Position numbers and translations under genes: made by a program. The notes beneath the pieces were generated by a model. That model did no database searches and had not been told where the DNA came from. It saw nothing but the letters and a program-made list of their open reading frames with translations. This document shows, one piece after another, positions 13,681 to 27,310 of a DNA stretch of 64,000 nucleotides (within the stretch, counting starts at the first letter, position 1; the number at the start of each line of letters is the position of its first letter). Source of the DNA: Octopus bimaculoides (lineage: Eukaryota); NCBI RefSeq assembly GCF_001194135.2, contig NC_068981.1, positions 40,317,108 through 40,381,107 on the forward strand. The letters are read 5' to 3'.

Positions 13681-14360
13681 CATTTTTGTGAACAACTTTT
13701 TGTCGAAAGAAGAGAAAGAGTAGTTTTAATGAAATAGTTATAAAAGGCCGCTGTCTCATCGTTCGAATCCGAACTCAACCAATTAAAGTCCGGGTTGCAT
13801 GTTGTGAATATACAGAGATTGCCATAACAACCACGCCATGCATAAAAGTGTGTCATTTGGCATCATTGCCATCATCATCACTATCATCATCATCATAATT
13901 ACCGTCATCAATATCACCACCGCCACCACATCCATCTGCAGCAGCATCATATTCTACGCCAGTAGTTTAAATACTATAGGTTATAGAATTCACATTGAGA
14001 GTACAAAAATTTGTTTCTTTTGTTAATTAGATTATTTTATTTAAGTATAAAGCAATATATATCTCTTTATTACCAAAGTAATATAGCAAAGTATTCACGT
14101 AGGAAAATTTTACTATATAAGGTAAAATGTGAGTGCACAAAAACAAAAGACAAACATAACATGTAAATTAACTACCCATATCTTTATTCAGGTTTTGTTC
14201 AATGTTGGCATTTTATACTGAGCGAGACCACATTAAATGGCTACCACATAGAGTTAAACACCTTTGTTGATGGTACGACAGAGTATTTACTAAGAAAGTA
14301 ATTCTAAAATTTCTTACCAATACACAGTTCTGAAAGTTTAATATAATGAAAAAAGACTTT

Positions 14361-14568
14361 GTAGCATATTTGGAACTGTGTCTCGCGATAATTGGCATCT
14401 TGTATCTTGAGTTCAGACATGTATCAACGGCTTAGAGAAGAAAAATATTTTGAGAAAGGTGTTAATACGATATTTGTTTACAGCTATAATTTTAAACTTT
14501 CGATCTGTAAATGTATATTATACACATATATATATATATATACATACATAAAAAATCATACATGTATG

Positions 14569-14602
<34 letters not shown>

Positions 14603-14857
14603 GCGTATTTGGTATTGTGTCTCGTGATACTTGGCATCTTGTATCTTGCGTTCAAACATGTATCAACAGTTTAGAAAAGAAAAATATTTTGAGAAAGGTG
14701 TTAATACAATATTCGTTTACAGCTGTAATTCTGAATTCTCGATCTGTAAATATATGTGTGTGGGGGGTGTGTTTGTGTGTGTGTGTTTATGTGTATGTGT
14801 GTGTGTGTGTAAATATATATTATACATATATACATACATAAAAATCATACATGTATG

Positions 14858-14887
<30 letters not shown>
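14361..14887. repeat. Tandem duplication, units 14361-14599 and 14600-14887
   Basis: Both units share gtagc.tatttgg...ttggcatcttgtatcttg...gaaaaatattttgagaaaggtgttaatac...aaaaatcatacatgtatg; unit 2 has an extra (GT)n. Confidence 0.92.
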
Positions 14888-14888
<1 letters not shown>

Positions 14889-15149
14889 GCATTGAGCTGT
14901 CGAGATAATAGCAAACACTTCTGAGATAATTAACAAGTACTTGTTGAGATAATTAAATTGACAAGTTCGTCATTTACTCTTAAAAATCAACAAATAATGA
15001 CTCGATTTTTTCACGCTTTCCAGATATATATTATATTATATTAAACTAATTCAATAACTATTAAAAGCAAAGTTTTCAGTTTTAATTTTGAATGTACTAT
15101 GCAATTGAAATACTTATATAAATATGAATTCATCTTGACTGACGTCAGT

Positions 15150-15600
15150 TATTGCTTTAAGTTAACATGTGATAACTTAATTCGTCACTTTGTTTAACAT
15201 CGCTGCTAGACACCTTGTATGCATTTAGTGGGGTCCACACTGTTCTAAGCATTCGGATCCGGTTTCCCATTTGAAAAAGCATTTCCATCAGTCTCAGAGG
15301 CTTTATGGAGTTGGTGGACATCGCATCTCCTCCTGACAAAGATTTATAAAAAAATACGACGCCCTTTACTTAATACGTCACTTATTTCTTAAAGTTATTT
15401 TCAAAGTATTGGTTACTTTTTATTCTTATTATATCGAATTGAAACTACCTGTCAAAAATAAGTGGTTGAATTTGTGAAACATGGACATGTCACAAAAATC
15501 ATGCAGAGCCTGGATACCACATGACGAATCGAAAAGTAATTGAAGCTGTAGATGCTGACCAATCCTACATACACTGAGTAAGTTCAACAAAATGTTTGGC
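15150..15600. mobile_element. Possible Tc1/mariner remnants
   Basis: A frameshifted RIE(K)VIEA-like C-terminal motif on + near 15525-15560 and a GRPR-like N-terminal remnant on - near 15230-15280; very decayed. Confidence 0.3.
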
Positions 15601-16386
15601 AATAAAAATTACTTAGAAAAAGATAGCATCGTCTAGTCTGCTTATTTTGTAATGAATATTTAGCAAATGAAAACACGAAGCCCGCAAAATTAAAACAACA
15701 ACTTGATACCATACATGCTTTCTATCTATGCAAGTAAATTTATACTCCATTTTTTTTAATCATGACAGTTAACTAAAATCTTCAAATATACAAAAACAGT
15801 ATTATTTAAAAAATTACTTATTAAAGAAAACCACTTTAAAGGTATCATACAAAGCCTCACAGGTAAATGCGACAAGGTAGGAAATCATACATTGCTAGCA
15901 AAGTACCTGTGCTGCCGGTGGCAGGCAAAATATCACAGAAGTACCTACGCGAACGAAATAAGAAAAGTCTTACTGCCAAATGATATGATATATAAAAGTA
16001 ACAATAATGAATTTGTGAAAATTACTGAAAGAATCAAAGAAAGTGCTAACCCTGCGATCCAGTTGGACAAACACGGAACAATACAAATGTGGGTCATCTG
16101 TTGGTAATTGTTAGATATTCGTATAGAATCAGTGTGCATAAGTATGATGCTTCCTCAATGGAATACAGTTCGTTTTAAGGAATTGGTCTAAAATAACTAC
16201 CATTTTAAATGTACCTTTTTTAAACGCGTGTATGCACATATGGTGCAGCAGCAATAGTGGGGAAAGCTTTGATTTAAAGGTAAAAATTAAATCTGCAAGC
16301 AATGCACCTTACTACTCTTGTTCATTGCACAAGAACTTATTGTTTTGCCGATTTTAATGATCTAATTTCTACAGAGCTTAAAGTTT

Positions 16387-16427
16387 AATGGTTTATGACC
16401 TTTAAGGCTTAAAGGTCATAAACCATT
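16387..16427. repeat. Perfect inverted repeat, 20-bp arms with 1-nt spacer
   Basis: aatggtttatgacctttaag-g-cttaaaggtcataaaccatt. Confidence 0.95.
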
Positions 16428-17584
16428 TCGTTTGTAAATAAGATGAGAAGACGTTCTGATCAAGGAAATCATAATAAACAGCAAAGTGAGGAGATGGAAG
16501 ACTATTGTGTGACAGATTGCACTTGATTGTTTGCCAATATCATGATAAAAGTACCCCATACGTTAACAATCTAAACAACCTTGAAGAGGTTGGAATCACT
16601 GAAGTTGTTACAATCAATACAGATTAAAAAAATAATTGGTAACATTAAAATTAACTCAACTGATGTCGCTTCTGTGTATAAGATGCTTCATAAACCTTTT
16701 AATTTTCGTTATGAAAAGATATTATCTCCAATTCATATTTTTCTTGTCTTTTATTTGAAATAAATTCCATCTGATTTCCAGAGGTATTTGGCAGTTAGTT
16801 GGCAAATTTTAATTCCTATTTATAAGTATGAATCTTGCATAATTCCTGTTTAACATTTTTGTTTTGTTTTTTTTATACCAACAACTGCACATATTTTATC
16901 GATTTGTTCTCTTTGTTGAGAACATACTCGAACTTCTACTATTGATTTTCTACTGAAGTGATAGTTATTCATACATTGGCAAAATAAATGTTTTTCTCTT
17001 CATTCTCTCCTTCCCTTCTTTCTTCCACACTCACCTTCTTTCTTCTAACATCTTGTGTTCTCTCTCTCTCACACAACTTCTTTCACTCTCTCTGCCACTT
17101 TCTCTCCTTCTTTCACATACACTATCTCATTTACTCTGATATCCATCTTTTAGACCCAATTCAGTCTAATACAAAGCTTGTCTAGACGAATTACCAATAA
17201 ATAATTCAAAATATTCTCAATAACGGAGGATAAAAATGAAGCACTGTATATCAATCTCAACAGATCAGCTTCTCATATCTAAACTATTCAGGAACTCAGT
17301 TCTAGATTTTAATTAAAAATATATCACATGTAATTAATTTTGTATTATATTTCACACATACAATATGGTAAGCCTGACTGAAACAAATGGTCAAAGAATA
17401 TTGTGCGAAGAACTCAAACAGAATAGAGAAGACGTAGGAAACGGTTTTCTTCTAAAACTACAAAAGTACAAGGTATGTTAATTCAGTTTTCATACCGTGA
17501 GTATCACGCACACATTTTCAAATATTTATCTTACTTAAAACACACTGTCTTATACACGCACCTGTTTATGTGTGTGTATATATA

Positions 17585-18820
17585 CGAAGGTCGGACGAAA
17601 AGTTCATAGGTTGACCAAGATACTTTCATGGAATGAGGCCAAATTAAGCTTATTTTTCAACAGATCTTTCTCACCGCCCACCCACTGCAGTCCACACACT
17701 TCTCCCATCGATGTTGCTGTGTTTGGATCTTATTGGTGATGAAGCTTTCAGCCTGTTTAATCAAAAAATTCATGAACAGCAGAATGACGTCATCATCATT
17801 GCGACACTGATTCCCAGTCAAGGGCTTATTCATGTTGGGGAACAGATGATAGTCAGATAAGACCAAATCAGGAGAATAAAGAAGGCGATCAACCAGTTCA
17901 AAGCTACTGTCACACACAGCAGCCACTCAAACCAAGGACTTGTGCTTTGGAGCATTGTCCTGATGAAACAAGACCCCTTTCATCGGTTTTCTTGGGTGTT
18001 TGGTCTTGGTAGCCATTTGGTGTGGCCCTTTTCTAGATACACAATGTTTTTTACATCCCAAAATACTGAAGCCATCACCATCCCTTCAGATGAAACGACC
18101 TTGGCCTTCTTTGGAGCAGGTGAGGAGGGGTGTTTCCATTGCATGGATTGTTTTTTTGTCTCTGACTCAAAGTTATGTCCAACACTCATTCTGGATTACG
18201 AAACGTTCAAGGAATTCAGCTGGATGTGCCTGTAATAATATCAGATTTTCTGTGACGTGATCAGCCTGGTGAGCTTTTGATCTAAGCAGAAATTTTCGTC
18301 CTGCCAAATTCATTGCGCAGAATATTCTCAACTTTCTCATGTTATATGCGAATAGTATTGGCTATTTGATTTATTGTCAATTGCCTATCTTCCATGGGGT
18401 GAACACGATCAATGCTTTCCTAGGTGGTGGAAGTTGTAGAACATCCAGACCTTCATTCATTTTCAAGTGTCTCCTTTTCCCTTCTAAATTCAGTTGCCTA
18501 CTTTTGCACTGTTGTTAAAGTTGAAGTGTCATTCCCTTATGTAGCAACCATGTCAGTATGAATGCTGTTGAGGGCTAAACCCCTTTTTTTTTTTGCTGGT
18601 ACTTAATAACTCCATGATCGATCCCAAATTTCGTCCATTTTCAAGAGAATTCGATACTAGTTACATTTGATATTTTCTTTGAAGAGTCAGATGTCAGTTT
18701 ATCTGGAAAGAAACAATGCAGTTATTAATAATAAGAGTTGAAATTAATAGATGTAAAATTTCATAGCAGTAGCTTCACTCCTTCATAGTCAGTCTATGAA
18801 CTTTTCAGCTCCACCTAACA
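17585..18820 (-). mobile_element. Mariner transposon (Himar1/irritans-like), near full length, inactivated
   Basis: Imperfect TIRs sharing gaaaagttcatag..tgac; left TA at 17583. Peptides FESETKKQSMQWKHPSSPAPKKAKVVSS..VMASVFWD, VLFHQDNAP and LYSPDLVLSDYHLFPNM. Confidence 0.92.
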
Positions 18821-18874
18821 TGTGTACCTATATGTGTGTATGGCTGTACACACACACTAACATGCGTGCGCATA

Positions 18875-19662
18875 CAGGGTGCTCGGACTAATTTTGACGG
18901 TTTGCATAAAAGGAAAAGAAAACAAATCACATCTAAAAATAAAAGTATTTTCAAAAACCAACAAATATCAACTAGATTATGGCTGGGAGATAACAATTTA
19001 CTCCTCTTCCACCACAGCCTCAAGACGGCTCCGGTGCCTGGTGCAAGCGTTCCTCACTGGGAAGACTTTCGAACACCTCCTTGATCTTGACCACCAGCAC
19101 TGGTGTTGCAGGCAAAGTGTTTGATATCTTTCTCAACCGCGCCCCACTGGGGCCAGCGAAGTCGTAGAAATTCTCCGACAAACACTTCTGACTCTTTCCG
19201 AGGTATAGCAAAGAGTTAAATCCTGCTGCCATACATATGGCTTTCCAGCAACAACCCTCTTCAGCCAAGATTTGACCACTGTCTCCAGCAGATTTGCTTA
19301 ACTGTCTGACTTAAGTCTAAGGCCCTGTTCAAAGATGTGAGAATGTATTCTGGTGTGCGAATGCTGTAAGAACACCTGCCCTGTCCCTTCCTGCTGGCCA
19401 CGGTTCGTAGTCTCTGTTGCAGCTGTTCGTGTCACATCATACAGTGTTTACACAACATTGAGCAATTTTCATGATGTCAGCAATTTGATATCCAGCGCGA
19501 ACCATCATGAGACAGGTAACATATTCCAATATTCATATGGCTTCCAGTCCTTCATGTCAGCTAACTTTTTCTGAACTGTATCTTTAATCTTTATACTTTG
19601 CAACGTATAAAGTACATTAAGAACATTTTTAAAAAACCCATCAAATTTAGCTCAAAACCCTG
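18875..19662 (-). mobile_element. Tc1/mariner-superfamily element (maT/DD37D-like), internally deleted
   Basis: TA-flanked TIRs cagggtgctcggactaattttgacgg and cagggttttgagctaaatttgatgg. Peptides VVKSWLKRVVAGKPYVWQQD, KSQKCLSENFYDF and RSRLEAVVEEE. Subfamily is inferred. Confidence 0.85.
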
Positions 19663-19999
19663 TACATATATTGTAAGTGTGATATGTGTGTGTGTGTGTG
19701 TGTGTGTGTTTGTGTGCATACACGTGTGAGTGTATGTGAGTGTATACATGCATGCACATGTATTATACGTGTATATATGCAGGTATATTTATATGCATAT
19801 ATATGTATATATATATATATATATATATGCATATGTGTGTGTATGTGCATACTGTGTATACGCATATTCATATGTTTGTTGGCGGAGTTTTGTTTTGGAA
19901 TAAACTCTTATGAAACTATGTTCGCGTAAAACACTATTTTGAAGTGCGGATTTCGATCTTTTAATCAATAGTAATGGTTTTGCTTTCCCTGTGTTTTGT

Positions 20000-20945
20000 C
20001 TTGTTTATTTTAGTCTGTCAAACTGAAGATGGAAACAAACATATTCAGACAAAATAGAAATGTAAAGCTATAGAAACTGTTCACAGTAGAATCGAAGCAT
20101 TTGGTCACGATATCGTCAACAAATATACAGATCAATTATAGTTCTAAAGTTTCGTAGTGGATAAAAGAGCCTTAAGTATGAAGAAGGTCGTAATCGACAT
20201 TCTCTGGTTGACAACGATGTGTTGAGGGCCATTATCGAAACAGACCTACGAAGACAACTCGAAAGGTTGTAGAATAGTTCGAGTTGTTTAATATGTGCTT
20301 CACGTTACCAAATCAAAAATGCATGAAAACTGAGTACTGTTGGAGTTGAACAAAAAAAAAAATTTAATCGTTGTTAAGCAGTTTCCTCTGCACTCTTTAC
20401 GCAACAGAAATAACCTATTTTTTCACTTTACTGTGGCATGTAACAAAAATTTGATGTTTTCAACAGCTGATGGTGTCCGCACAGAAACAAGAAACAAACA
20501 CTTTACAAAATCAACGCTACTTCAAAGGAACGCTATAGTCACTCTCTGGTGGTCGTCAAGTGAAATCATCCGCAGTTATTTCTTGATTCCTGTCGAAAAT
20601 CGACAAAATGCACTCAGAATTGCTACGTTTTAATTGAAAGAACCAATTCTTTTCGACTACAACGCTTGACTACATGCTTCACAAATGACTCGGTAGAAAT
20701 TAAACGAAATTGATTACAGAACGCAACATCAAATCCACCACCTAACTGCAGAATTCTGTTCGACCGACTGCCGCTTTTATAAACATCTCAGTGACTTTCT
20801 TCAAAAGAAGGTCTTCGACAACCAAGCAACAGCTCAATGCGCCTTCAAAGAATTCATCGATACCAGGAATCCAGAATTATATGCTATAGGAATATATTTC
20901 TTTTCACTGGCAAAATATGTCGATTCTAATGGTCCAATATTACTG
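20000..20945 (+). mobile_element. Mariner transposase remnant (Mos1/SETMAR-like)
   Basis: Frameshifted motifs DNDVLRAIIETD, LRNRNNLFFHFTVACNK, VTLWWSSSEII, and KHLSDFLQKKVFDNQATAQCAFKEFIDTRNPELYAIG. Confidence 0.8.
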
Positions 20946-20958
20946 AAAGGTTTTATAA

Positions 20959-21060
<102 letters not shown>

Positions 21061-21390
21061 ATATATACACAAATACTGAAATAATTCTGAAATATTAAAA
21101 GACATCAGCTGTCAGTATGAGCTATAAAAAAGGTAAGCATTCCTTCTATAATATTTTTTCAATGTGAGAAAACAAGGGTGATGAGGTTCCAGGTGAAACA
21201 TTTCACTATTTGCTATCCAATCATCAGAGAACACGTAACTGATCTTCCTCTCTCAATTGATGCCAATTGATGGCATAGAAAATTCAGCTACGGTATAGAT
21301 TTGTGAGGAATTAAACTATTGCGGTTGTAGATAGGAAAATTAGTTCACAGCAGAGTGGATTTTTTAAGACCCTGATATATAATGCATGTG

Positions 21391-21603
21391 CAGTAATCCT
21401 TCGACTATCGTGGGTGTTACGTTCCAGAAAGCCCCACGATAGGTGAAAATCTGTGAAGTAGAAACAGTACTGTACTGTATATTTTTTTTATGAATCGTAT
21501 ACATTTATTTCATTATACATGCAAAACAACACCACAGAGGAATTGGCGAAAACTTAAATAATAAACCGCGATAAGTGAACCGCGATCTGGCGAGGGATTA
21601 CTG
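21391..21603. mobile_element. pogo/Tigger-type MITE
   Basis: TIRs cagtaatccttcgactatcg and cagtaatccctcgccagatcg (reverse); right end followed by TA; about 213 bp, non-coding. Confidence 0.75.
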
Positions 21604-22249
21604 TATAAGCATTAGATATATAAATGTGTAATTTTTTATTCTTTTGTCTCAGTCATTTGATTGCAGCCATGATGGAGCACCATATGTGTGTGTGTGTGTG
21701 TCTTATAATATATATTAAAATTTGTTTGCGAGAAGCGTTTTGAATATGCAAATAGAGCTCCTATTTGATTATGCCGGCCACAGTTGCATCGAGCTGTACT
21801 GATATAATGTAGGATAAATATAGTAATAATAACAATAATTTTTGGATGGAATTTATAAACATTTAACGCATCGCTACGTGCGTTTCCACGAATCACATGT
21901 CTCTTAATATCACAGTCCGTATTCCTGGGATGACTGCTCACGAATACTACGGACTACACTGCAATCATCCCATAAATACGGACTTAAGACAGAAGAGACA
22001 TGTGTATAAGATAATTGATAATAGTAATGCGTGTAATATGCGTGTAATCCGGCTTTCGTGGCATGTGACTTGTTACAGATACCATCGTAATATATGTTTT
22101 CATATACCCCTAGGTACCTGTAACATTCCTCATTAGATATAAGAGAAACAGTTAGTTATTTATGGATATGTTGCTAGCTTGGTTTGCGTTTTCTTTCTTG
22201 TTACAGCCATATAGCAACATTTATCTTTACCAAACTCCAACTTCATATA

Positions 22250-22820
22250 TCCATTGAGAATACCGTAACCAGATCAAGGCTCTTCTTCATCTCATGCATA
22301 CTCTTAGTATACAGGTTCATCCTGTATACTACACAAAGAGGCAGTGTGAGCTAATGTACAGGACAAACATTTTATCATTATAAACAAATCATCTGTGCAG
22401 GCTGTTCAGCAACAAATGCATAATCTTCACCTGTCGTTTGCAACAGAAAAGTCCTTATGTATATTCATATATATGTATGTATAGATGGATGGATGGATGG
22501 ATGGGTGGATGGATGGGTGGATGGATGGATGGATGGATGGATGTGTATGTATGTACGTATGGACACTCCTGTCATAGTTGACAGGTGAGGGTTCTGCAAC
22601 TTCTTGCTGAACAACCTACACGAAGCATTTTGTAGTGATCAAACGTTTGTGCTGTACATTAGTTCAAACACTCCATCAAATCGACATTGCTTGTACAGGT
22701 GCATAGGGTTCCACATGTTAGATGTCGTAATATTTGCAGAGTAACGTGAGATAGGATGTTTTGCTCAAAAACAGAGGAATTGAAACCACGATCTTCCGAT
22801 GATGAGTGCAATACTCGAAC
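22250..22820. mobile_element. Two SINE-like family E copies in inverted, tail-to-tail orientation
   Basis: The minus copy 22562-22820 has a tRNA-like head (gtggtttcaattcc...ttgagcaaaaca). 22343-22440 is the reverse complement of about 22573-22670. Confidence 0.6.
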
Positions 22821-22859
22821 TGCTGTATACATATACATTCAAACATATACGAGATTTAT

Positions 22860-23058
22860 ATACACAAGGAGACACACAGACAGACAAACACACACACACA
22901 CACACACACACATACACACACACACACACACACGAGCGCGCACACACACACACATACACACACGCATGCATGCATACATGCATACATACATACATACATA
23001 CATACATACATGCATGCAAGCATACATACGTACATACATATACGGGCGTGCGTGTGTA

Positions 23059-23150
<92 letters not shown>

Positions 23151-23160
23151 CGTGCGTGCA
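22860..23160. repeat. Compound (CA)n/(TACA)n/(GT)n microsatellite
   Basis: Read directly; (CA)n and (GT)n arms are mutually complementary. Confidence 0.95.
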
Positions 23161-23719
23161 TGACCGAATTAACCACCTGTTTAGAATATCAAAGGAATTG
23201 GAGCACCACATAGTTGTAAGTAAATGATTTTTTGCTATTGCTTACTATTAAGTGTGTTAATTAAATAAAAATACAAACCTTATATTCATTCAATAAATAT
23301 TTGTGGGCTTTGGTTGGGAAAACAACTGTACTTTTCATTCATTTTTTTCACGTTCAGAGCTTGTGTTATATTATCTTGTCTCTAAGGTAACGGAAGGGTC
23401 AGAGCACTATTGCTTGGCTATAGTAAAAGCTTCAGCATACTTTAATCTGTGTGATTTAAGTATGTTCAAGTCACTAATCATTTGCAGAAAGATTGAACTT
23501 GGAAGTATTCGCGTTAGATGCGAGTCTTTTGTGTGGAGCAAAATTCCAGAAATGTTTAGCTTGCAAAATAGTAAAACAGTTTTCTATTTAAATAAACTCG
23601 CTGAAGTTTTCATATAGTTGCTATGGAAAAAGTTTAAGACGTTATCTCGTAGAAATATCTAAATAAAGATACTTTCCCCTCAACACTGCTGTCACAGTGG
23701 TTATTTTTCATTTTTTCAT

Positions 23720-23880
23720 TATTTTTACTCTCATTCTTTTACTCAGTCATTTGACTGTGGCCATGTTGGAACACCGCCTTAAAGAGTTTTAGTCGAAGAA
23801 ATCGACCCTAGGAATTATTCTATGTAAGCCTAGTACTTATTCTATCCGTCTCTTTTGCCGAAGCGCTATGTTACACCCAC
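23720..23880 (-). mobile_element. SINE family B, 3' part
   Basis: cagtcatttgactgtggccatgttggaacaccgcc...gtcgaagaaatcgacc...tagtacttattctatc. Confidence 0.85.
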
Positions 23881-23901
23881 AAAGATACACACACATAGAT
23901 G

Positions 23902-23929
<28 letters not shown>

Positions 23930-23938
<9 letters not shown>

Positions 23939-24508
23939 CAAATACATAATCAATTCAAGTAAACGAGTAATAAAATTAACGGACAACAAGAAGACGTGCA
24001 CAAGGAATGTATTGGCTTGACTTTCGAGAATAGCTCTTCGTCGCAAAGGAGGAAGGGAAAAGAAAAGCTCAAAGAAGAGAAAGAAATTTTTGGCATAGAT
24101 TTCTCTATGCCAAATCTTTGTTGACAAGACGGAAAGTGTTCTTCCATCAGGATAATGCTCAGCCACATACAGCGAGGGTGACATTCCCAAGACAGGAGCA
24201 GTTTGAATGGGAAACGATGCCCCACCCACTATATTCGCCGGACGTTACCCCATCTGATTATCATTTATTCCGCAATCTTGAAAATCATTTAGATGGCAAA
24301 AATATGAATTCTGTAGACGAGGTCAGAACAGTACTGGAGGAGTATTTTTCGTCACGGACAAGTGAAATTTGGAAGAAGGGCCTTGCAAGTCTACCAGATT
24401 AATTGAAATGAAGGATAGTATATTTTAGATTAAAAAAGAACTTTGTTTATCTAAATTTTGCAAAATAAAGTGTAAAGAAAACGCATTATTTATGGAATGA
24501 CCCAGTAT
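23930..24508 (+). mobile_element. Mariner remnant: C-terminal catalytic region and right TIR
   Basis: ORF 24118-24402 RKVFFHQDNAQPH...HPLYSPDVTPSDYHLFRNLENHLDGK; terminus gcattatttatggaatgacccag plus TA. Confidence 0.88.
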
Positions 24509-24940
24509 ACGCATACATATATCTGTATGATAATATATATGTATGCATATGTAATATATATGAATGCTATAAAGACATGCTTCCAGTAAAATTCAGTGAT
24601 CCGTGTTTATATATAGAGAGATAGAAAAACAGACAGAAAGATAGACAGGCAGACAGTCAAACAGAGAAGTAGGCACTCAGGCACTCAGGCACTCAGGCAG
24701 TCACCCAGATACAAGACTGACAGATAAATAAGTACAAAATCTCTATGCAAATATAGTGCAAGACTGAATATTTGACAAATATTTAACGCATAGCCTCGAA
24801 GTTTTTTAGTGTATAAAAAATATATTGCCAATATATGTCTATACGTAAGTATATATGCGTGTGTATGTGCATGTTAAAGACGTACTTAGAGGGTTGGGAG
24901 ATTAGAAAATAACCTATATATATATATATACATACATACA

Positions 24941-24976
<36 letters not shown>

Positions 24977-24982
24977 TATATA

Positions 24983-25503
24983 NNNNNNNNNNNNNNNNNN
25001 NNNNNNNNNNNNNNNNNNNNNNNNNNNNNNNNNNNNNNNNNNNNNNNNNNNNNNNNNNNNNNNNNNNNNNNNNNNNNNNNNNNNNNNNNNNNNNNNNNNN
25101 NNNNNNNNNNNNNNNNNNNNNNNNNNNNNNNNNNNNNNNNNNNNNNNNNNNNNNNNNNNNNNNNNNNNNNNNNNNNNNNNNNNNNNNNNNNNNNNNNNNN
25201 NNNNNNNNNNNNNNNNNNNNNNNNNNNNNNNNNNNNNNNNNNNNNNNNNNNNNNNNNNNNNNNNNNNNNNNNNNNNNNNNNNNNNNNNNNNNNNNNNNNN
25301 NNNNNNNNNNNNNNNNNNNNNNNNNNNNNNNNNNNNNNNNNNNNNNNNNNNNNNNNNNNNNNNNNNNNNNNNNNNNNNNNNNNNNNNNNNNNNNNNNNNN
25401 NNNNNNNNNNNNNNNNNNNNNNNNNNNNNNNNNNNNNNNNNNNNNNNNNNNNNNNNNNNNNNNNNNNNNNNNNNNNNNNNNNNNNNNNNNNNNNNNNNNN
25501 NNN
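24983..25503. other. Assembly gap within a (TA)n/(TATG)n microsatellite block
   Basis: Run of N. Confidence 1.
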
Positions 25504-25534
<31 letters not shown>

Positions 25535-25562
25535 TGTGTGTGTATGTATATATATTTATATA

Positions 25563-25593
<31 letters not shown>

Positions 25594-25730
25594 GTATGTG
25601 TGTATATAAATATATACACACACACATATATATGTATCTGCATGAATGTATATGTATATGTGTATGTACATATATATGTGTGTGTGTGTACGTGTGCACA
25701 TATATATAGATAGATATGTATATACGTATA

Positions 25731-25765
<35 letters not shown>

Positions 25766-26737
25766 TGTATGCATGTATGTTTGTATGTATGTATGTATGT
25801 ATTATTCGTTACTAATATTGATGCCTTGCACACGTTAGATATTTTAATATTGGTTCTTTCAGTGAAATACAAATTGTGAAATATAACATTGTGGTTTTTT
25901 GTAGCGCAGCGGAACATTATATAGTATTCAATGCAAGAAATATTGTAAAAAAAATTTCTAATGATTTGAATAGGCCCAAAATTCACGCGAATACTAATTT
26001 ATTTTCTCTTGTAATTACATACCCGAAAGTAGAGAACTATGCCCTCTGCCTCCACAGAACTCTCTGGTTGAGGACGTTTTTGGTGTTGTTTTTAATCCCA
26101 AGTATACTAATAATGTTCAATGAAGACTGAAGAACTAAACAGGTCTCGACTATCTTCAAATGAAGAAAGAACAAACTAGAAACGATGTAATTCAGTTCTA
26201 CCATATAAAGAAGTTTTATGTACAGCATGCGAGAGTAAAACCTCCCATATTTTACACGGCCTTTGTTGTAGTGCTGTTGAAGTTAGGTTTGCTGTTATGA
26301 TGTCTTCATGTGGATAATGCTTTACCGTCTTTTAAAACGATATATCACGTATGTTTTCTGTTGAAACGTTTATGAAAAATGGTGAATCTGAGCGTTTTCT
26401 GCTGCACGTTGTTTATTTCCTTCATTTGCAAAAGTAACACGCAATAGAGAAATTTGAGAACACTAGTTAATGAGAACAGGTGATTGACAGTTTTCCTTCC
26501 CTTGCATATCGAATAAACTCTGATATAGCTAAAATATTGTATTCACTCATTTAGGTGTAAATAATCGAATACGTTAGGTACTAACACTCTATATGTCACA
26601 AACTAATTAAATTAAAACTAAAGAAACTCAAAAGTGAAAGAAAAAGCATTTTATTTCTGACATTGAAAACATGAAATAGTTTTCACAATGCGATTACAAA
26701 GTAAATTCGGAAAATCTCTTTCAATATACGTAAATGG

Positions 26738-26850
26738 AGTCCGGAATAGCTGTGCGGTTAAGAAATCCCTTCCCAAACAAATGATTTCCGGTTCAGTCTT
26801 ATTGCACGGCAGTTTCTACAATAGTCTCGGTTTTTCCAATATCTTGTGAA
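26738..26850 (+). mobile_element. SINE family B head, degenerate
   Basis: gctgtgcggttaagaa...ttccggttcagtc...ttctacaatagtctcgg. Confidence 0.6.
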
Positions 26851-26872
26851 TATCTATCTATCTATCTATCTC

Positions 26873-26906
<34 letters not shown>

Positions 26907-26936
26907 CATATATATATATATATCTGTATGTATGTA

Positions 26937-26976
<40 letters not shown>

Positions 26977-27014
26977 CGTGTGTGTGTGACAGTGGGTGGG
27001 AAATGTTCATATGT

Positions 27015-27310
27015 GAAGGCGAATGGCTTATAGGCTTGGATATTCGGCTCATGATCGTAAGGTCGTGAGTTCAATTTCTCGCGGTGCGTTGTATCATTGC
27101 ACTAGACACTTTATTTCACGTTGCTCCAGTCTTCTCAGCTGGCAAAAATGAGTAGTACCTGTATTTCAAGGGTCAGCCATTTTGTGTCATCCTGAATCTC
27201 TCCGAGAAATACGCACGCGTGCGTATCTGTGGAGTGCTCAGCCACTTGCACGTTAATTTCACGAGCAGACTGTTTCGTTGATCGGATCAACTAGAAACCG
27301 CGTCGTGAGG
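27015..27310 (+). mobile_element. SINE family F (tRNA head with gagtgctcagccacttgcacgttaatttcacgagc body; Deu/Nin-like by recall)
   Basis: B-box-like gtgagttcaattt; body nearly identical to the reverse copy at 48410-48772. Confidence 0.8.

Noticed and set aside
15138-15149. Perfect CRE palindrome ACTGACGTCAGT
   Set aside because: Isolated motif beside transposon remnants, with no supporting promoter context.
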